From IMG/VR virus record IMGVR_UViG_2919361683_000002, positions 1 to 64,000 of that record: DNA of 64,000 nt, one strand, 5' to 3'. The DNA comes from a virus. A model generated the notes under the pieces. The model worked only from the letters and a program-made list of their open reading frames with translations, did no database searches and had not been told where the DNA came from. The translations under genes and the position numbers were made by a program. This document shows positions 1 to 9,424 of the stretch, piece after piece. Within the stretch, counting starts at the first letter, position 1; each line of letters begins with the position of its first letter.

Positions 1-237
1 TTGATACCTGATATTATTCGCGAGGAATTCAAGGATGCACAAGTGATTAATGAGCACAACAGTAAAGAAAAAGTGATTTACCAGGTATACCTTATTGAAA
101 ACCACGTTGAATTTACCATTCGAATTATCGCTTCATATTTGAATGATTCCATCACCATTGTTGCTGACGAGGGAAGTATAACAATCAGAGCTTATCAAGC
201 CTTGCATAAAAAACTTGCAAATGAGGCATTAGATTAA
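1..237 (+). CDS. hypothetical protein, probably 5'-truncated by the window edge
   Basis: Open frame from base 1 to TAA at 235-237, with no recognisable motif. Confidence 0.45.
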   Translation: MIPDIIREEFKDAQVINEHNSKEKVIYQVYLIENHVEFTIRIIASYLNDSITIVADEGSITIRAYQALHKKLANEALD

Positions 238-493
238 AAGAAGATTAATTTGGACTAAGTGAAAGTGCTAGATTACTACGTCAATATTTAAACGCCATCT
301 CAATAGTTTTGCCTTTTGATGGTAAGACATATTGTCTTAGATAGAAGTAGCCTGAATTATTTCTTAGGGTATAAAATCGAAGAGTTTCAGCACCGAGAAC
401 AGATCTTGAAACGACAATTCTCTGATCCATATATCTATGATAAATACAATCGGCAAAAATTCTTTGACACATTTGTTAAAAATAATTAATTGT

Positions 494-521
494 AAGGGCG
501 TGGGTAACCACGTCTTTTTTT
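494..521 (+). terminator. rho-independent terminator
   Basis: AAGGGCGTGG-GTAA-CCACGTCTT hairpin followed by a T run. Confidence 0.6.
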
Positions 522-887
522 GTTTTCTATTTATAGTATAAGAAAGTTGAATGATAGATTAAAATGTAGTTTAGTCTATGAATCTAAATAAATATCACAC
601 ATTGACCTATGGCTCTAACAATGAAATTAAGAGTCTGCTAATTTAAAACAGTTAGATTTGTATCCTAGTTAACTACATATGTGAATCAGGCGATGATACC
701 GCTAATCAAAAATCATCGCAAACTAACCCAAAAGGTATCTCAAGCACATATATGAAAGGTATATGATTTTATGCCAAAAGATGGTACAATCAAGAACGTT
801 AGAACATTTTACTACTTGTTTCACAACTACATAATAATTTTAACTGTGCATCGTATTATGAGTTCACGTTGAAAGGGTGGTTTATCG

Positions 888-2303
888 ATGAAAATTACAC
901 CCACGATTAGAGCAGAATTGGAACAATTTCTACAACAAGAAAACTTAACATTATCGCAATTTGGACAAATTACAGGGATGAATAGGGGAATAATAAGTAG
1001 CATTGTAACAGGTAATAAATCCATGTCTATTAACCAGCTCGACCGAATTACTGAAGCTATGGGTTTACCAGAAGGCCACTTTTACGACTTGTTTATAGAA
1101 AACTACATCATAGACACTCCCCCGAATATGAGACGGATCGAGCCATTTTTATTTCGCTGTGCGGAGTTGGACAAGTTAGATGCAATCCGTCGAGTGGTGG
1201 GAGCCATCATGGACAATCTGCTGTATTCACCCAAGCTATTTGAAATTGCAGAAGAATTATTGTCGCAGGGGCGACATGAGGCTGCATTGATACTCTATGA
1301 GGGGGTAGCTGAAGCGGAGAGATATCAACATTCGGAACGTTTGGCAGTCTGTCAATATCGCATATTCACGATTCAAATCGGAGACGATCAAAGCCGTAAT
1401 ATCAGGACAGCAGCAGTGTTTGAGGCTTTTGTTGAGCGCCTTGATGAAATAGATCAACTTGACGCGCTGAAGGATTTAGCTAACGTGTATAGGTCTTTGC
1501 GTAAATGGGACAAGGTTGATGAAACGGCGAAAAAAATGAAGCAGAAAGCAAAAACTCAATATTTGTTAAAACATCAACATAAGAATCGAGAGTGTGACGA
1601 GTATAAGAAGTTGAGTCGCCCTTTGTTTGTATACATTTCCTATGCTGACCTGCTGTGTGCAGGTGTCTACGAAGCCCAAGGCGATTACAACCAAGCTCTA
1701 CAATATACATACGCCTATGCTGATTTAGATTGGGTTAAAGAGACAGACGAAGATACCAAACACTGGATCAGCTTGTTTCAACATTGGGCGCAAGCTAACG
1801 TTATTGTGAACAAGCTTTTATCTGGGGATATGAAGGTCTTAAATGATTATGTAGAATATATTGCTGCATCGTCAGATACAACTGACCAAGATAGGGTTAC
1901 CCAACTGCTGAACATTATGATGACGGCAAACCGATACCAGATAGACGTAAATGATATACTTCAGCGTTTTGAAACGGATGTTAATTCACTTTTGCAATTG
2001 CCTCAATTTAATGATGTATATACTCAACATGTGATTCCAGAACAATTTGCACGTTTGGGATACGAATTGGCTTATTATTATTTACATCAAGGTACATACG
2101 ACGATGGCTTTAAATACTTGATGTATTCACTGGTAAGTTATCATAGACTAAACAATGAGACTTATTTCATAAAATGTTTGGTGTTGTTTGAGCGTTTTCG
2201 AGTTTATGCAGTATCCGAAACCAAGGCAGCATATTTAGAATTTATTGAAAGGGTGTGGATAGCTGATGTTAAGAAAAATGGCGCTATTGATCGTCGCAAC
2301 TAG
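888..2303 (+). CDS. XRE-HTH + TPR-like RRNPP-family peptide receptor (AloR-like)
   Basis: N-terminal XRE HTH (LTLSQFGQITGMNRGIISSIV), all-helical TPR-like remainder, RBS GAAAGGGTGG, and secreted propeptide genes immediately downstream. Confidence 0.85.
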   Translation: MKITPTIRAELEQFLQQENLTLSQFGQITGMNRGIISSIVTGNKSMSINQLDRITEAMGLPEGHFYDLFIENYIIDTPPNMRRIEPFLFRCAELDKLDAIRRVVGAIMDNLLYSPKLFEIAEELLSQGRHEAALILYEGVAEAERYQHSERLAVCQYRIFTIQIGDDQSRNIRTAAVFEAFVERLDEIDQLDALKDLANVYRSLRKWDKVDETAKKMKQKAKTQYLLKHQHKNRECDEYKKLSRPLFVYISYADLLCAGVYEAQGDYNQALQYTYAYADLDWVKETDEDTKHWISLFQHWAQANVIVNKLLSGDMKVLNDYVEYIAASSDTTDQDRVTQLLNIMMTANRYQIDVNDILQRFETDVNSLLQLPQFNDVYTQHVIPEQFARLGYELAYYYLHQGTYDDGFKYLMYSLVSYHRLNNETYFIKCLVLFERFRVYAVSETKAAYLEFIERVWIADVKKNGAIDRRN

Positions 2304-2388
2304 TTTTCTGTTTATCGTGACGTTACCTGTTCAGACTGATGGTCAACACCAGAATATCGTTCTTTATGATCAACATGGGGGAGCTTAA
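2266..2388 (+). CDS. signalling propeptide 1 (AloP-like), 40 aa MLRKMALLIVATSFLFIVTLPVQTDGQHQNIVLYDQHGGA
   Basis: Translated by hand. RBS GAAAGGGTGTG, basic N-terminus plus hydrophobic signal core, C-terminal HGGA. Overlaps the receptor 3' end by 38 nt. Confidence 0.85.
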   Translation: MLRKMALLIVATSFLFIVTLPVQTDGQHQNIVLYDQHGGA

Positions 2389-2418
2389 TAAAACTTATTG
2401 AAAAGGTGTGGTTAGACA

Positions 2419-2541
2419 ATGTTGAAAAAAGTGGTAATGCTGATCGTTGCGAGTAGTTTTTTGTTTACCTTAGCTGTACCTATTTATCTGGACAGTCATA
2501 ATGGAGGATTTCAAGTCTTTGCAACACATGGAGGAGCATAG
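2419..2541 (+). CDS. signalling propeptide 2 (AloP-like), 40 aa MLKKVVMLIVASSFLFTLAVPIYLDSHNGGFQVFATHGGA
   Basis: Translated by hand. Paralogue of 2266-2388 with the same length, the same RBS context and C-terminal HGGA. Confidence 0.85.
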   Translation: MLKKVVMLIVASSFLFTLAVPIYLDSHNGGFQVFATHGGA

Positions 2542-2630
2542 CAATATAGTTGGAACATTTAGGTTTATTGCTAACTATTTGATTAGTGCTAAATTAATTA
2601 CACTTAATCACGGTGTAGAGGTTTAGTGAT

Positions 2631-2671
2631 AAAAAAAGGGGAACCCTCATTAATCTTGAGAGTTCCCCTTT
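2631..2671. terminator. bidirectional terminator between convergent genes
   Basis: A7-GGGGAAC...GTTCCCC-TTT hairpin. Confidence 0.7.
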
Positions 2672-2675
2672 GATT

Positions 2676-3089
2676 TTACTGTTTTACTGGTGTTGCTGCT
2701 ACTGACGTATCCAATAATCGGATACCTTTATGGACTAGAATTTCGATTAACTTCAATTCTTTATCGGTTGGTGTAACTTCCAGCCTATTCAACAATCCAT
2801 CAACTGTTTCAACGGCTACCTTTTCCTTTTGTTCAAATGTTAAAGTATCATTGGAATAATTATGTACATATTCAATTACTTCACTTGCCACATCTAAAAC
2901 AAAATTAGCTTTGCCTTTATGCTGTTCAGCAATTGGAAGAACCTCTAAAATCAAATTGCCTACATCGACACTCCCAAGAATACTATCCGTATCACTCAGA
3001 TTAACACCTCTTTTTTTAAACCAAGCAATAACCAATACGCCTAATAGCACAAACAACACTGTTCCACCAATAATATAGATATCATTCAC
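2676..3089 (-). CDS. single-TM holin-like protein (LL-H-like)
   Basis: N-terminal TM helix and a helical C-terminus (QKEKVAVETV...IEILVHKGI), located at the end of the lysis cassette. Confidence 0.5.
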   Translation of the reverse strand: MNDIYIIGGTVLFVLLGVLVIAWFKKRGVNLSDTDSILGSVDVGNLILEVLPIAEQHKGKANFVLDVASEVIEYVHNYSNDTLTFEQKEKVAVETVDGLLNRLEVTPTDKELKLIEILVHKGIRLLDTSVAATPVKQ

Positions 3090-3154
3090 TTTACATTTCT
3101 CCTTGTTATAAGAATAAAAAGAGAGGAACCTTTGTCCCTCTCTGTCTAAAGCTA

Positions 3155-3904
3155 TTATTTATAATCTGCGACATACTGTTCAGTATTATATGCTCGTGAT
3201 CTTCCTGCTGAAACATTCTCTGTACGAAGCGTTCTTTTCTTACTCCAAGTCGTTCCTTCTTTTGGATTTTTAAGAGGAGCTATCTTCTTTGTTTTTAGTG
3301 TTTCTATCTTACCGGGATCATACCACATATTTTTTATTTTCATTAGAAGTTCTTCACTTTTATTGGCCCATTCATCTCCTAGTATTAAAAGAGCTAGTTG
3401 TTCAATGGTTGGATTGCCAATTCCTCTGACTTCGAAATACTTGTGCAACTTTTTAAGAAATTTACTATAATCTGTTGCTTCTGGCATAGGTGGGAATATT
3501 ATTAATCCAACCATTGATCTAATCTCATGCTTTAGTGTATGTTCGTCAGCTTTATTTTGTAGCAACGCAATGCCAGAACTGACATCAACCGCCCCTTTAA
3601 TAACATTGAATCTAATAATACATCTCGAACCAACATGTAGTGTTCTTCCAGTTATCCCATTATGTAATACAAAGTTGTGTTTTAAATTGGGGGTATGACA
3701 TAATTGACATCTATTACTGAAGTTATCCGAAGTTGCGTCTATAACATCAATAATATCGAACTCTTTTTTTGCTTCATCAAAATTGTTAACAGAACATTCT
3801 TCTAGCATGTTTCTTACAATTAGGGGACTGGGGGTCGAATTCTCCATCTTAGGATCATACTTAATTACAATACGGTTCCTATTTGTAAAATTCTTCAGTT
3901 TCAA
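3155..3904 (-). CDS. hypothetical Zn-finger protein (moron)
   Basis: CQLC...HVGSRC zinc-binding motif, with its own sigmaA-like promoter and terminator. Confidence 0.7.
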   Translation of the reverse strand: MKLKNFTNRNRIVIKYDPKMENSTPSPLIVRNMLEECSVNNFDEAKKEFDIIDVIDATSDNFSNRCQLCHTPNLKHNFVLHNGITGRTLHVGSRCIIRFNVIKGAVDVSSGIALLQNKADEHTLKHEIRSMVGLIIFPPMPEATDYSKFLKKLHKYFEVRGIGNPTIEQLALLILGDEWANKSEELLMKIKNMWYDPGKIETLKTKKIAPLKNPKEGTTWSKKRTLRTENVSAGRSRAYNTEQYVADYK

Positions 3905-3955
3905 TCACTCTCCATACTATATTTAGATGACAAACATCTTACGAACTCAATATAT

Positions 3956-3984
3956 AGTATAGCCCAGAATTTTCCGACTGTAAA
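3956..3984 (-). promoter_or_regulatory. sigmaA-type promoter for 3155-3904
   Basis: Minus strand TTTACA-17 nt-TATACT. Confidence 0.6.
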
Positions 3985-4028
3985 CGACAAATTAAGATAT
4001 TTTATGTCGATTAATGTCGAAATGTAGA

Positions 4029-4898
4029 TTATTTAAAGAATCCTTTGCGATACATCACAGTAATTAGCCGATAAAAGTCATAACTACCGCCAGAAGTTGT
4101 ATCTACAGCGCCAGCATTCTTTGCAGCTACACATGCCTCCATTGCCCATTCTGGAATCTTATCCATAGACAACTTGGAGGTCAATTGTTTTACTTGTTCT
4201 TGCAATGCTTGAAAGTCTGCTTGTTCTTGGATTGTCATAGGTTGATCTCCCTTGCTAATATTTTTATTTTGACCCTTCAATCTATTCAATTCTTCCTGTA
4301 TCTGAGGTAGAAAGTTCTTTTTAGCTGCTGCTACTGTATTCCCATCTCCCCAGAAATCCGTACCCGGGCATGTCTTACTTGATTTGCCGGGAGTGAAATC
4401 CCTCAAACGTATACCTGTCCTAGTAAACCAACTATGGTAAATAATATGATCAGTATTAATAGGAAGGTTAAATCTCTCAGCTAAACAGGCGTAGAGGTGA
4501 ATAATCGTCTTTTTCTGTTCGTCTGTGATTTTATCTCCACCAGAATCGAAGTTTCCAACATGTTCGATGCAGATACATTTATTATTAAACCCCCTGATTC
4601 CAGCAGGAATTCTATTTAGGGGTCTATCAAGACTAATTGCAATTTGTCCATTTTCTAAAGTAGTGATATTTTGTCCAGTAGCAGCCCAACCTTCGGACAA
4701 ATGATAATTTCTCATTCCCTCTAAACATTTAAATGTGTCTTGTTGAGCAATTCCATTTACCATTTTCCTTGTGGAATAATTGGGTGAAGAAGTGTGATGA
4801 ACTTGTAAAAATTGAATAGGGCGAGTAACAACCTGTTCCTTTAACCAATTTCGAAACTCATCTCTCTCCATAAGTAAGAAGTTACCTTGTTGAATCAC
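4029..4898 (-). CDS. N-acetylmuramoyl-L-alanine amidase (endolysin, Amidase_2 type)
   Basis: QVHHT, CIEHVGNF, IIYHSW and KTCPG zinc-amidase motifs, a C-terminal IPEWA cell-wall/SLH-like segment, and position next to a holin. Confidence 0.9.
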   Translation of the reverse strand: MIQQGNFLLMERDEFRNWLKEQVVTRPIQFLQVHHTSSPNYSTRKMVNGIAQQDTFKCLEGMRNYHLSEGWAATGQNITTLENGQIAISLDRPLNRIPAGIRGFNNKCICIEHVGNFDSGGDKITDEQKKTIIHLYACLAERFNLPINTDHIIYHSWFTRTGIRLRDFTPGKSSKTCPGTDFWGDGNTVAAAKKNFLPQIQEELNRLKGQNKNISKGDQPMTIQEQADFQALQEQVKQLTSKLSMDKIPEWAMEACVAAKNAGAVDTTSGGSYDFYRLITVMYRKGFFK

Positions 4899-4904
4899 TT
4901 TAAA

Positions 4905-5360
4905 TTATTCCTCCTTGTCGTCTTTTAATGCTTCATTTTCTTTTCCTTTTAGAATACGAATAGCTTGCTTAATCTGCGGTGGTAGATACCATCCCATTCT
5001 TCCGTAATTTTCAACTAAGCTAATTAATTCGTTACCTATATAGAAATATGTCACACTAGTCATTAAGCTTAATGCACCTGTTAAGCCGAGCATTATATCT
5101 ACGCGGTAGAGTAGGGCAATAGTGAGAAACATAAAAACCTTTTTGAAGATTCCCCAGAAACCTTTACTAGAATTCCATCCTTTATCCTTATCATTTGGAT
5201 TTCTCCTACCTTCAACATACGCTGCTGCTAAACCAGACAAATAATCCAAAAATACTAGAAACGTAAGTACAGTCAAAGCTTCGCTCCAACCACCAAATAA
5301 AAATGTTAGAATAGAGCCACCTAACGTATAAAATAAAAACTTACCAACAGATTCAAGCAC
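4905..5360 (-). CDS. phage holin (holin_4/Hol44-like)
   Basis: Three TM segments with DYLSG, SSKGFWGIFKK and NELISLVENYGRMG motifs. Confidence 0.9.
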   Translation of the reverse strand: MLESVGKFLFYTLGGSILTFLFGGWSEALTVLTFLVFLDYLSGLAAAYVEGRRNPNDKDKGWNSSKGFWGIFKKVFMFLTIALLYRVDIMLGLTGALSLMTSVTYFYIGNELISLVENYGRMGWYLPPQIKQAIRILKGKENEALKDDKEE

Positions 5361-5429
5361 ATAGTTTTCCTCAATTCTTGTAATATAAAAAGACTCTCCG
5401 GTGAGAAGAGTCTTCGTAAAATGTCTCTT

Positions 5430-7247
5430 TTATAAAATGTACCAATACACACCAGATGAACGCCCCTTAACAATAATGAAGCTGCTTAAGTCGCTTACAT
5501 CTCTTTTTCTAATCTGAGCAACAGCATTTAAATCATTCTCTCTTGCCAACCTTGGATACAGGAAGCCGCCCAAGTCTGGTCTACTAATCATTACTTCAGA
5601 CTCAACATTGTGGACATTCTTGATGTCTACAGTTGAATCCAAATCACTCTTCTGGCGAATATCGATTGTTGCATCTAAATATTCACGGTTCTTTACATAA
5701 AGAGAACCCTCGACATCGTAGAAGTTCTTTACCTCAATCCACGATCCTAGGTCTGGACGTGAAACAATTGCATTGGCTTCTCGATAATCAAAGAAAGGAA
5801 CTTGAACAAATGAATCTAAGTCATTATCACCGACAGCTCTGATAACAACACTACTGCCCAAGTCAGGCTTATTTACAATCAAACTGCTATCAATATCTGA
5901 AAATCTTACGCCTTGGATCATTACAGTAGATTCTATATCGCTGTTAATACGCTTATATTTGGATACGGTTAAGCTTGCATTCATTTCTGGTCTTGATGCA
6001 GTAACGAAGCTGTCGGTTGTAGATTCTCGTCTGTTTGCAACGGTTAGTTCACTTTCAAGGCTCACCTTAGGATCAACTGTTAACCTTGCTCCCAAATCAG
6101 GTTTGGATATCATTACCGATGAGTCGGGTGCAGATGTTCCAAAGTTAGCAACACTTATAGATGCAGATAGGTCGCTATCTTTGTGATATACAACTTTTAA
6201 TGAACTGTTTATGTCTGGTCTGGAGATTGCCAAAGTTGAGTCGGTATCATGCTGCATAAAGTCTTTGTACTTGTGGACATATAGAGAAGCAGGGAGATAA
6301 TTAAACCCAAAATTACTTTTAACCGTGAGACTACCTGTTACTTCTTTTCTACCAGCACCATAGATAAATAGAGTAGAGTTTAAATCCCCTCGTCCAAAAC
6401 TATAGTTCTGTGACGTAATATATTTAAGCTGAAGAACAGGGGGCTTAAGCGATTCTCTAGTATTGAAATAGGTTGGGTGAGAACTTTCCGATTTAATTAT
6501 CAATCCGTAGTTGATCAGCGATTCATCTTGCCAGCGTTTGACCAAATCAAACACATCGAATTCAATGTACTTATTCGTTCTGTTAACTGTATAGGAATCC
6601 AGTAACAACTCTATCCCATAAGGCTTGTTGGCATATGTTATACCATACTCACGCCAAAGCGTATTCGGCTGATACACTTTAATATCCGTGTCATCCGTAA
6701 AACTTCCACTATAATATAGTCGTAACTTAGCTTCTTCGAGTTTATTTAGATCTGGTACAACAACTTTCAAATCACCGAAATTCACAAATGACTCAAACTG
6801 CTCAGTGTCCGACTGTCCGATCATCATGGATTGCGTGTCGCCATAGTTGACCGTTTGCAAGTCTAAGCGACTACGTGTTGTAGCATCCTCGATTGGGTTT
6901 AAGTCCTTGGTGACTCTTGGAGCTTCCATTAATTCAAACTTACCTAGTAGTCGATTGTGTGGTCTGACTTCTAGTGTTCCAACTAGATAGTTGACTGAGG
7001 TTGATTCTAATACTGAATTGATTTCAGCATTACCTCTATATTTGATATCTACCAGACTGCTAACGTCTGCTGATCGCTGAACACGTATAGTAATCGTTGC
7101 ATCTACAGTTGATTCTCTACGATAAGCAACCAACATTTCAGAATTCACTTCATTTGTTTCTTGCCGATAGAGTACAAATTTACCCTCCATACGATTGGAG
7201 GGCGATTTTATTAAAATTTCACCGCCTAAATCATTGTATACATCCAA
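5430..7247 (-). CDS. DNRLRE/CBM96-domain virion protein with C-terminal beta repeats
   Basis: Central DNRLRE-type domain (NYGD...AKLRLY...W.E.GITY.NKP...F.TRES..PP.L) and repeated S(R/K)PD(L/I/M) units. TTG start at 7247 after a GGAAGTG RBS. Confidence 0.7.
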   Translation of the reverse strand: MDVYNDLGGEILIKSPSNRMEGKFVLYRQETNEVNSEMLVAYRRESTVDATITIRVQRSADVSSLVDIKYRGNAEINSVLESTSVNYLVGTLEVRPHNRLLGKFELMEAPRVTKDLNPIEDATTRSRLDLQTVNYGDTQSMMIGQSDTEQFESFVNFGDLKVVVPDLNKLEEAKLRLYYSGSFTDDTDIKVYQPNTLWREYGITYANKPYGIELLLDSYTVNRTNKYIEFDVFDLVKRWQDESLINYGLIIKSESSHPTYFNTRESLKPPVLQLKYITSQNYSFGRGDLNSTLFIYGAGRKEVTGSLTVKSNFGFNYLPASLYVHKYKDFMQHDTDSTLAISRPDINSSLKVVYHKDSDLSASISVANFGTSAPDSSVMISKPDLGARLTVDPKVSLESELTVANRRESTTDSFVTASRPEMNASLTVSKYKRINSDIESTVMIQGVRFSDIDSSLIVNKPDLGSSVVIRAVGDNDLDSFVQVPFFDYREANAIVSRPDLGSWIEVKNFYDVEGSLYVKNREYLDATIDIRQKSDLDSTVDIKNVHNVESEVMISRPDLGGFLYPRLARENDLNAVAQIRKRDVSDLSSFIIVKGRSSGVYWYIL

Positions 7248-7282
7248 TTGCTCACTTCCTATCACATTGTATTGTGATTAAA

Positions 7283-9376
7283 CTACCGCGCTTTATTTGA
7301 ATTGATCTTGAGTTCGAATATACCGTTTGGTATTGGCTTTGCTTCAATATCTGCAACAATCCTCACATAGAATTCCTGTGTTTCTAATGGCTTGGTAAGC
7401 CCATATGTAATATAATCTGTTGCTAAAAATGGTGACTGTGTACGCGATAATTCTATTTTTACACCTTCAGGCAGTTTCTCTTTATTCACTTCTAACAATA
7501 GATTATCAATTGGGTATCCTAATTGATTTTTGATTACAACTTTCTGATCCAATGTGGTCTGACCAGCAAATATCATACCAAAATCCAAGTACTTCAGAAT
7601 TCCTCCAAATGTATCTGACAGATATTCACCTGACTCATCCATAAACATTAGCCCTGTGTATGTTCCTGCAAAGGTTGTTTGCCAGTAATCTGTGTTGCCC
7701 CAATAATCCTTAAACTCTACACGCAGTTTATTATCTTTATCAAAGAACATATCTCGTTCGGATATGTTGAGATTGATATCAACAGGTGATGGTGCTAAAC
7801 GAGTAAATGAACCATCATTCGGGAAGTAGGGGAGATCATTAAGCAACACACGATACTGTACTTTACCCTTATCTTCATCGTTTATTTGTCCAAGAATCTT
7901 ACCGCTGTTAAACGTAATTTGGATTGTCGCTTCAGTATTGAGAACATAAAAAGATAAGTTCTGAAACTTGGTATTATCTACATTTGATTTTATTGCTAGT
8001 TGTGTGGCGTCAATTTTTGTGGGGTTTAGGGACTCTTGTTTTCTGTCTTCTATGTAATATCCGATTCTAATTTTGTCTCCCAGATTATTAAAATGGCTTT
8101 CAACCAGCTTAGATACTTCTTTATACGACATTGCTTGCTTTTTAATTGTGTTCAAATCATCAACAAATACATCTACCCACTTACCATAACGATATGCCTT
8201 CCATGTCAAACCCGAATCAAATGACAGCAAAAACTTTGCGTTATCACTGGCATTCTTTATTACAGTGATTGCCTGTAGGGAACCGGGTAGAGTGAAGTCG
8301 TTAGATTGCATAATGAACTGACTGACTGGTAAAGCACCAAGCGAGAGACTAAGTGGATTATTTGATTCATCTGTCCACGTTACAACTTCAAAGTTATTAT
8401 AGATATCATCCAAAGGAGAATAATTGGCATTATACTCTAAAGAGGCTGTTGTTTTAGTTAATTCATCGGTGTAGTAGAGAACATCAACGTTATCACCAAG
8501 TTCATCGTAAAGGATAGAAGGTTCAGTTTCCAATGAAATGAGCGATTCAAGTTTTAGCAGATCGTCTGTATATTCAATTAATTTAATTTCTTTTCCCTGC
8601 CATTCCTCAGCAAGTGTAAATGGTTCAGTGTCAACACTAAACTTTATCGTTTTCTTATTCGAATTGTCAGAGTAATAGGATAGCTCAATATCGGTACTGA
8701 AATAACTCCAATCTGATTCATTTATAGTAGATACATTAGTGATTCCTCGATTTATATATGTTGATTCTGTAATAAGATCTTCAATTGCTTCCCATCTCCC
8801 AGAACTATATGTATAATAAGCATCATTAGCTTTAACCAGCAATCTTTGTAACTCATCTAGTTTGCGATAGCCATTTGGAATTACGTACTTAAATGCTGAG
8901 CTTCCAAAGTTAAACTCACAGGATGAAGGATAATAATTACTGAAAATCGGGTAAACGGGTGTATCAGTTGGAATGCCCGTGGCAACAGTCCCTTGAGAAG
9001 CACCATTCTTATAAAATGTAATGGAATTGGAAGTATAATCATATGCGATCCCAATGATATCCCCTTCTTTATAGGCCATTCCATAAGCTTTAGCACCCGG
9101 ATAAAGTTTGCCCCCATCTCCATAGTAAGATACATAGTTTACATAACCCAGTGTGGCGATGCCTAACTGAGTAGTATATCCGCCAGTCTCGCCAGCAGCA
9201 CTATATACTTTTGCTTCCCAATATACCTTATCTTTGGGAAGAGGTAGATTAGTCATAGCCCATGAACTATGATTCGCAGCATCTGAGATGGTCACCTTTA
9301 AACCTGAAGAATCGATCACAACAGCATTTGTCGATCCATTCTTCGATTTACTTGAATCGAAAAGGTAGGTAGTCAT
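7283..9376 (-). CDS. SPRY-domain tail appendage/adhesin protein
   Basis: SPRY motifs KVYWE, GDIIGIAYD, ITFYKNG and NFGSSAFKY. Start placed at the ATG after AAGGAG. Confidence 0.75.
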   Translation of the reverse strand: MTTYLFDSSKSKNGSTNAVVIDSSGLKVTISDAANHSSWAMTNLPLPKDKVYWEAKVYSAAGETGGYTTQLGIATLGYVNYVSYYGDGGKLYPGAKAYGMAYKEGDIIGIAYDYTSNSITFYKNGASQGTVATGIPTDTPVYPIFSNYYPSSCEFNFGSSAFKYVIPNGYRKLDELQRLLVKANDAYYTYSSGRWEAIEDLITESTYINRGITNVSTINESDWSYFSTDIELSYYSDNSNKKTIKFSVDTEPFTLAEEWQGKEIKLIEYTDDLLKLESLISLETEPSILYDELGDNVDVLYYTDELTKTTASLEYNANYSPLDDIYNNFEVVTWTDESNNPLSLSLGALPVSQFIMQSNDFTLPGSLQAITVIKNASDNAKFLLSFDSGLTWKAYRYGKWVDVFVDDLNTIKKQAMSYKEVSKLVESHFNNLGDKIRIGYYIEDRKQESLNPTKIDATQLAIKSNVDNTKFQNLSFYVLNTEATIQITFNSGKILGQINDEDKGKVQYRVLLNDLPYFPNDGSFTRLAPSPVDINLNISERDMFFDKDNKLRVEFKDYWGNTDYWQTTFAGTYTGLMFMDESGEYLSDTFGGILKYLDFGMIFAGQTTLDQKVVIKNQLGYPIDNLLLEVNKEKLPEGVKIELSRTQSPFLATDYITYGLTKPLETQEFYVRIVADIEAKPIPNGIFELKINSNKAR

Positions 9377-9424
9377 TTTGATACTCCTTTCTTTAAAATT
9401 TGTGATTGTCATTAATGCTACAAA

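Noticed and set aside
238-489. ORF 281-472 (-) or a frameshifted continuation of ORF 1-237 (+, including a 56-codon frame at 319-489)
   Set aside because: There is no RBS or recognisable motif. It may be a decayed gene, but I cannot support that without homologues.
888-2541. classical arbitrium aimR-aimP-aimX
   Set aside because: The receptor has an XRE HTH and is longer than AimR, the peptides end in HGGA, there is no aimX-like unit, and the location is post-lysis.
1-2675. prophage att site
   Set aside because: No direct repeat, tRNA or interrupted host gene is identifiable within the window.
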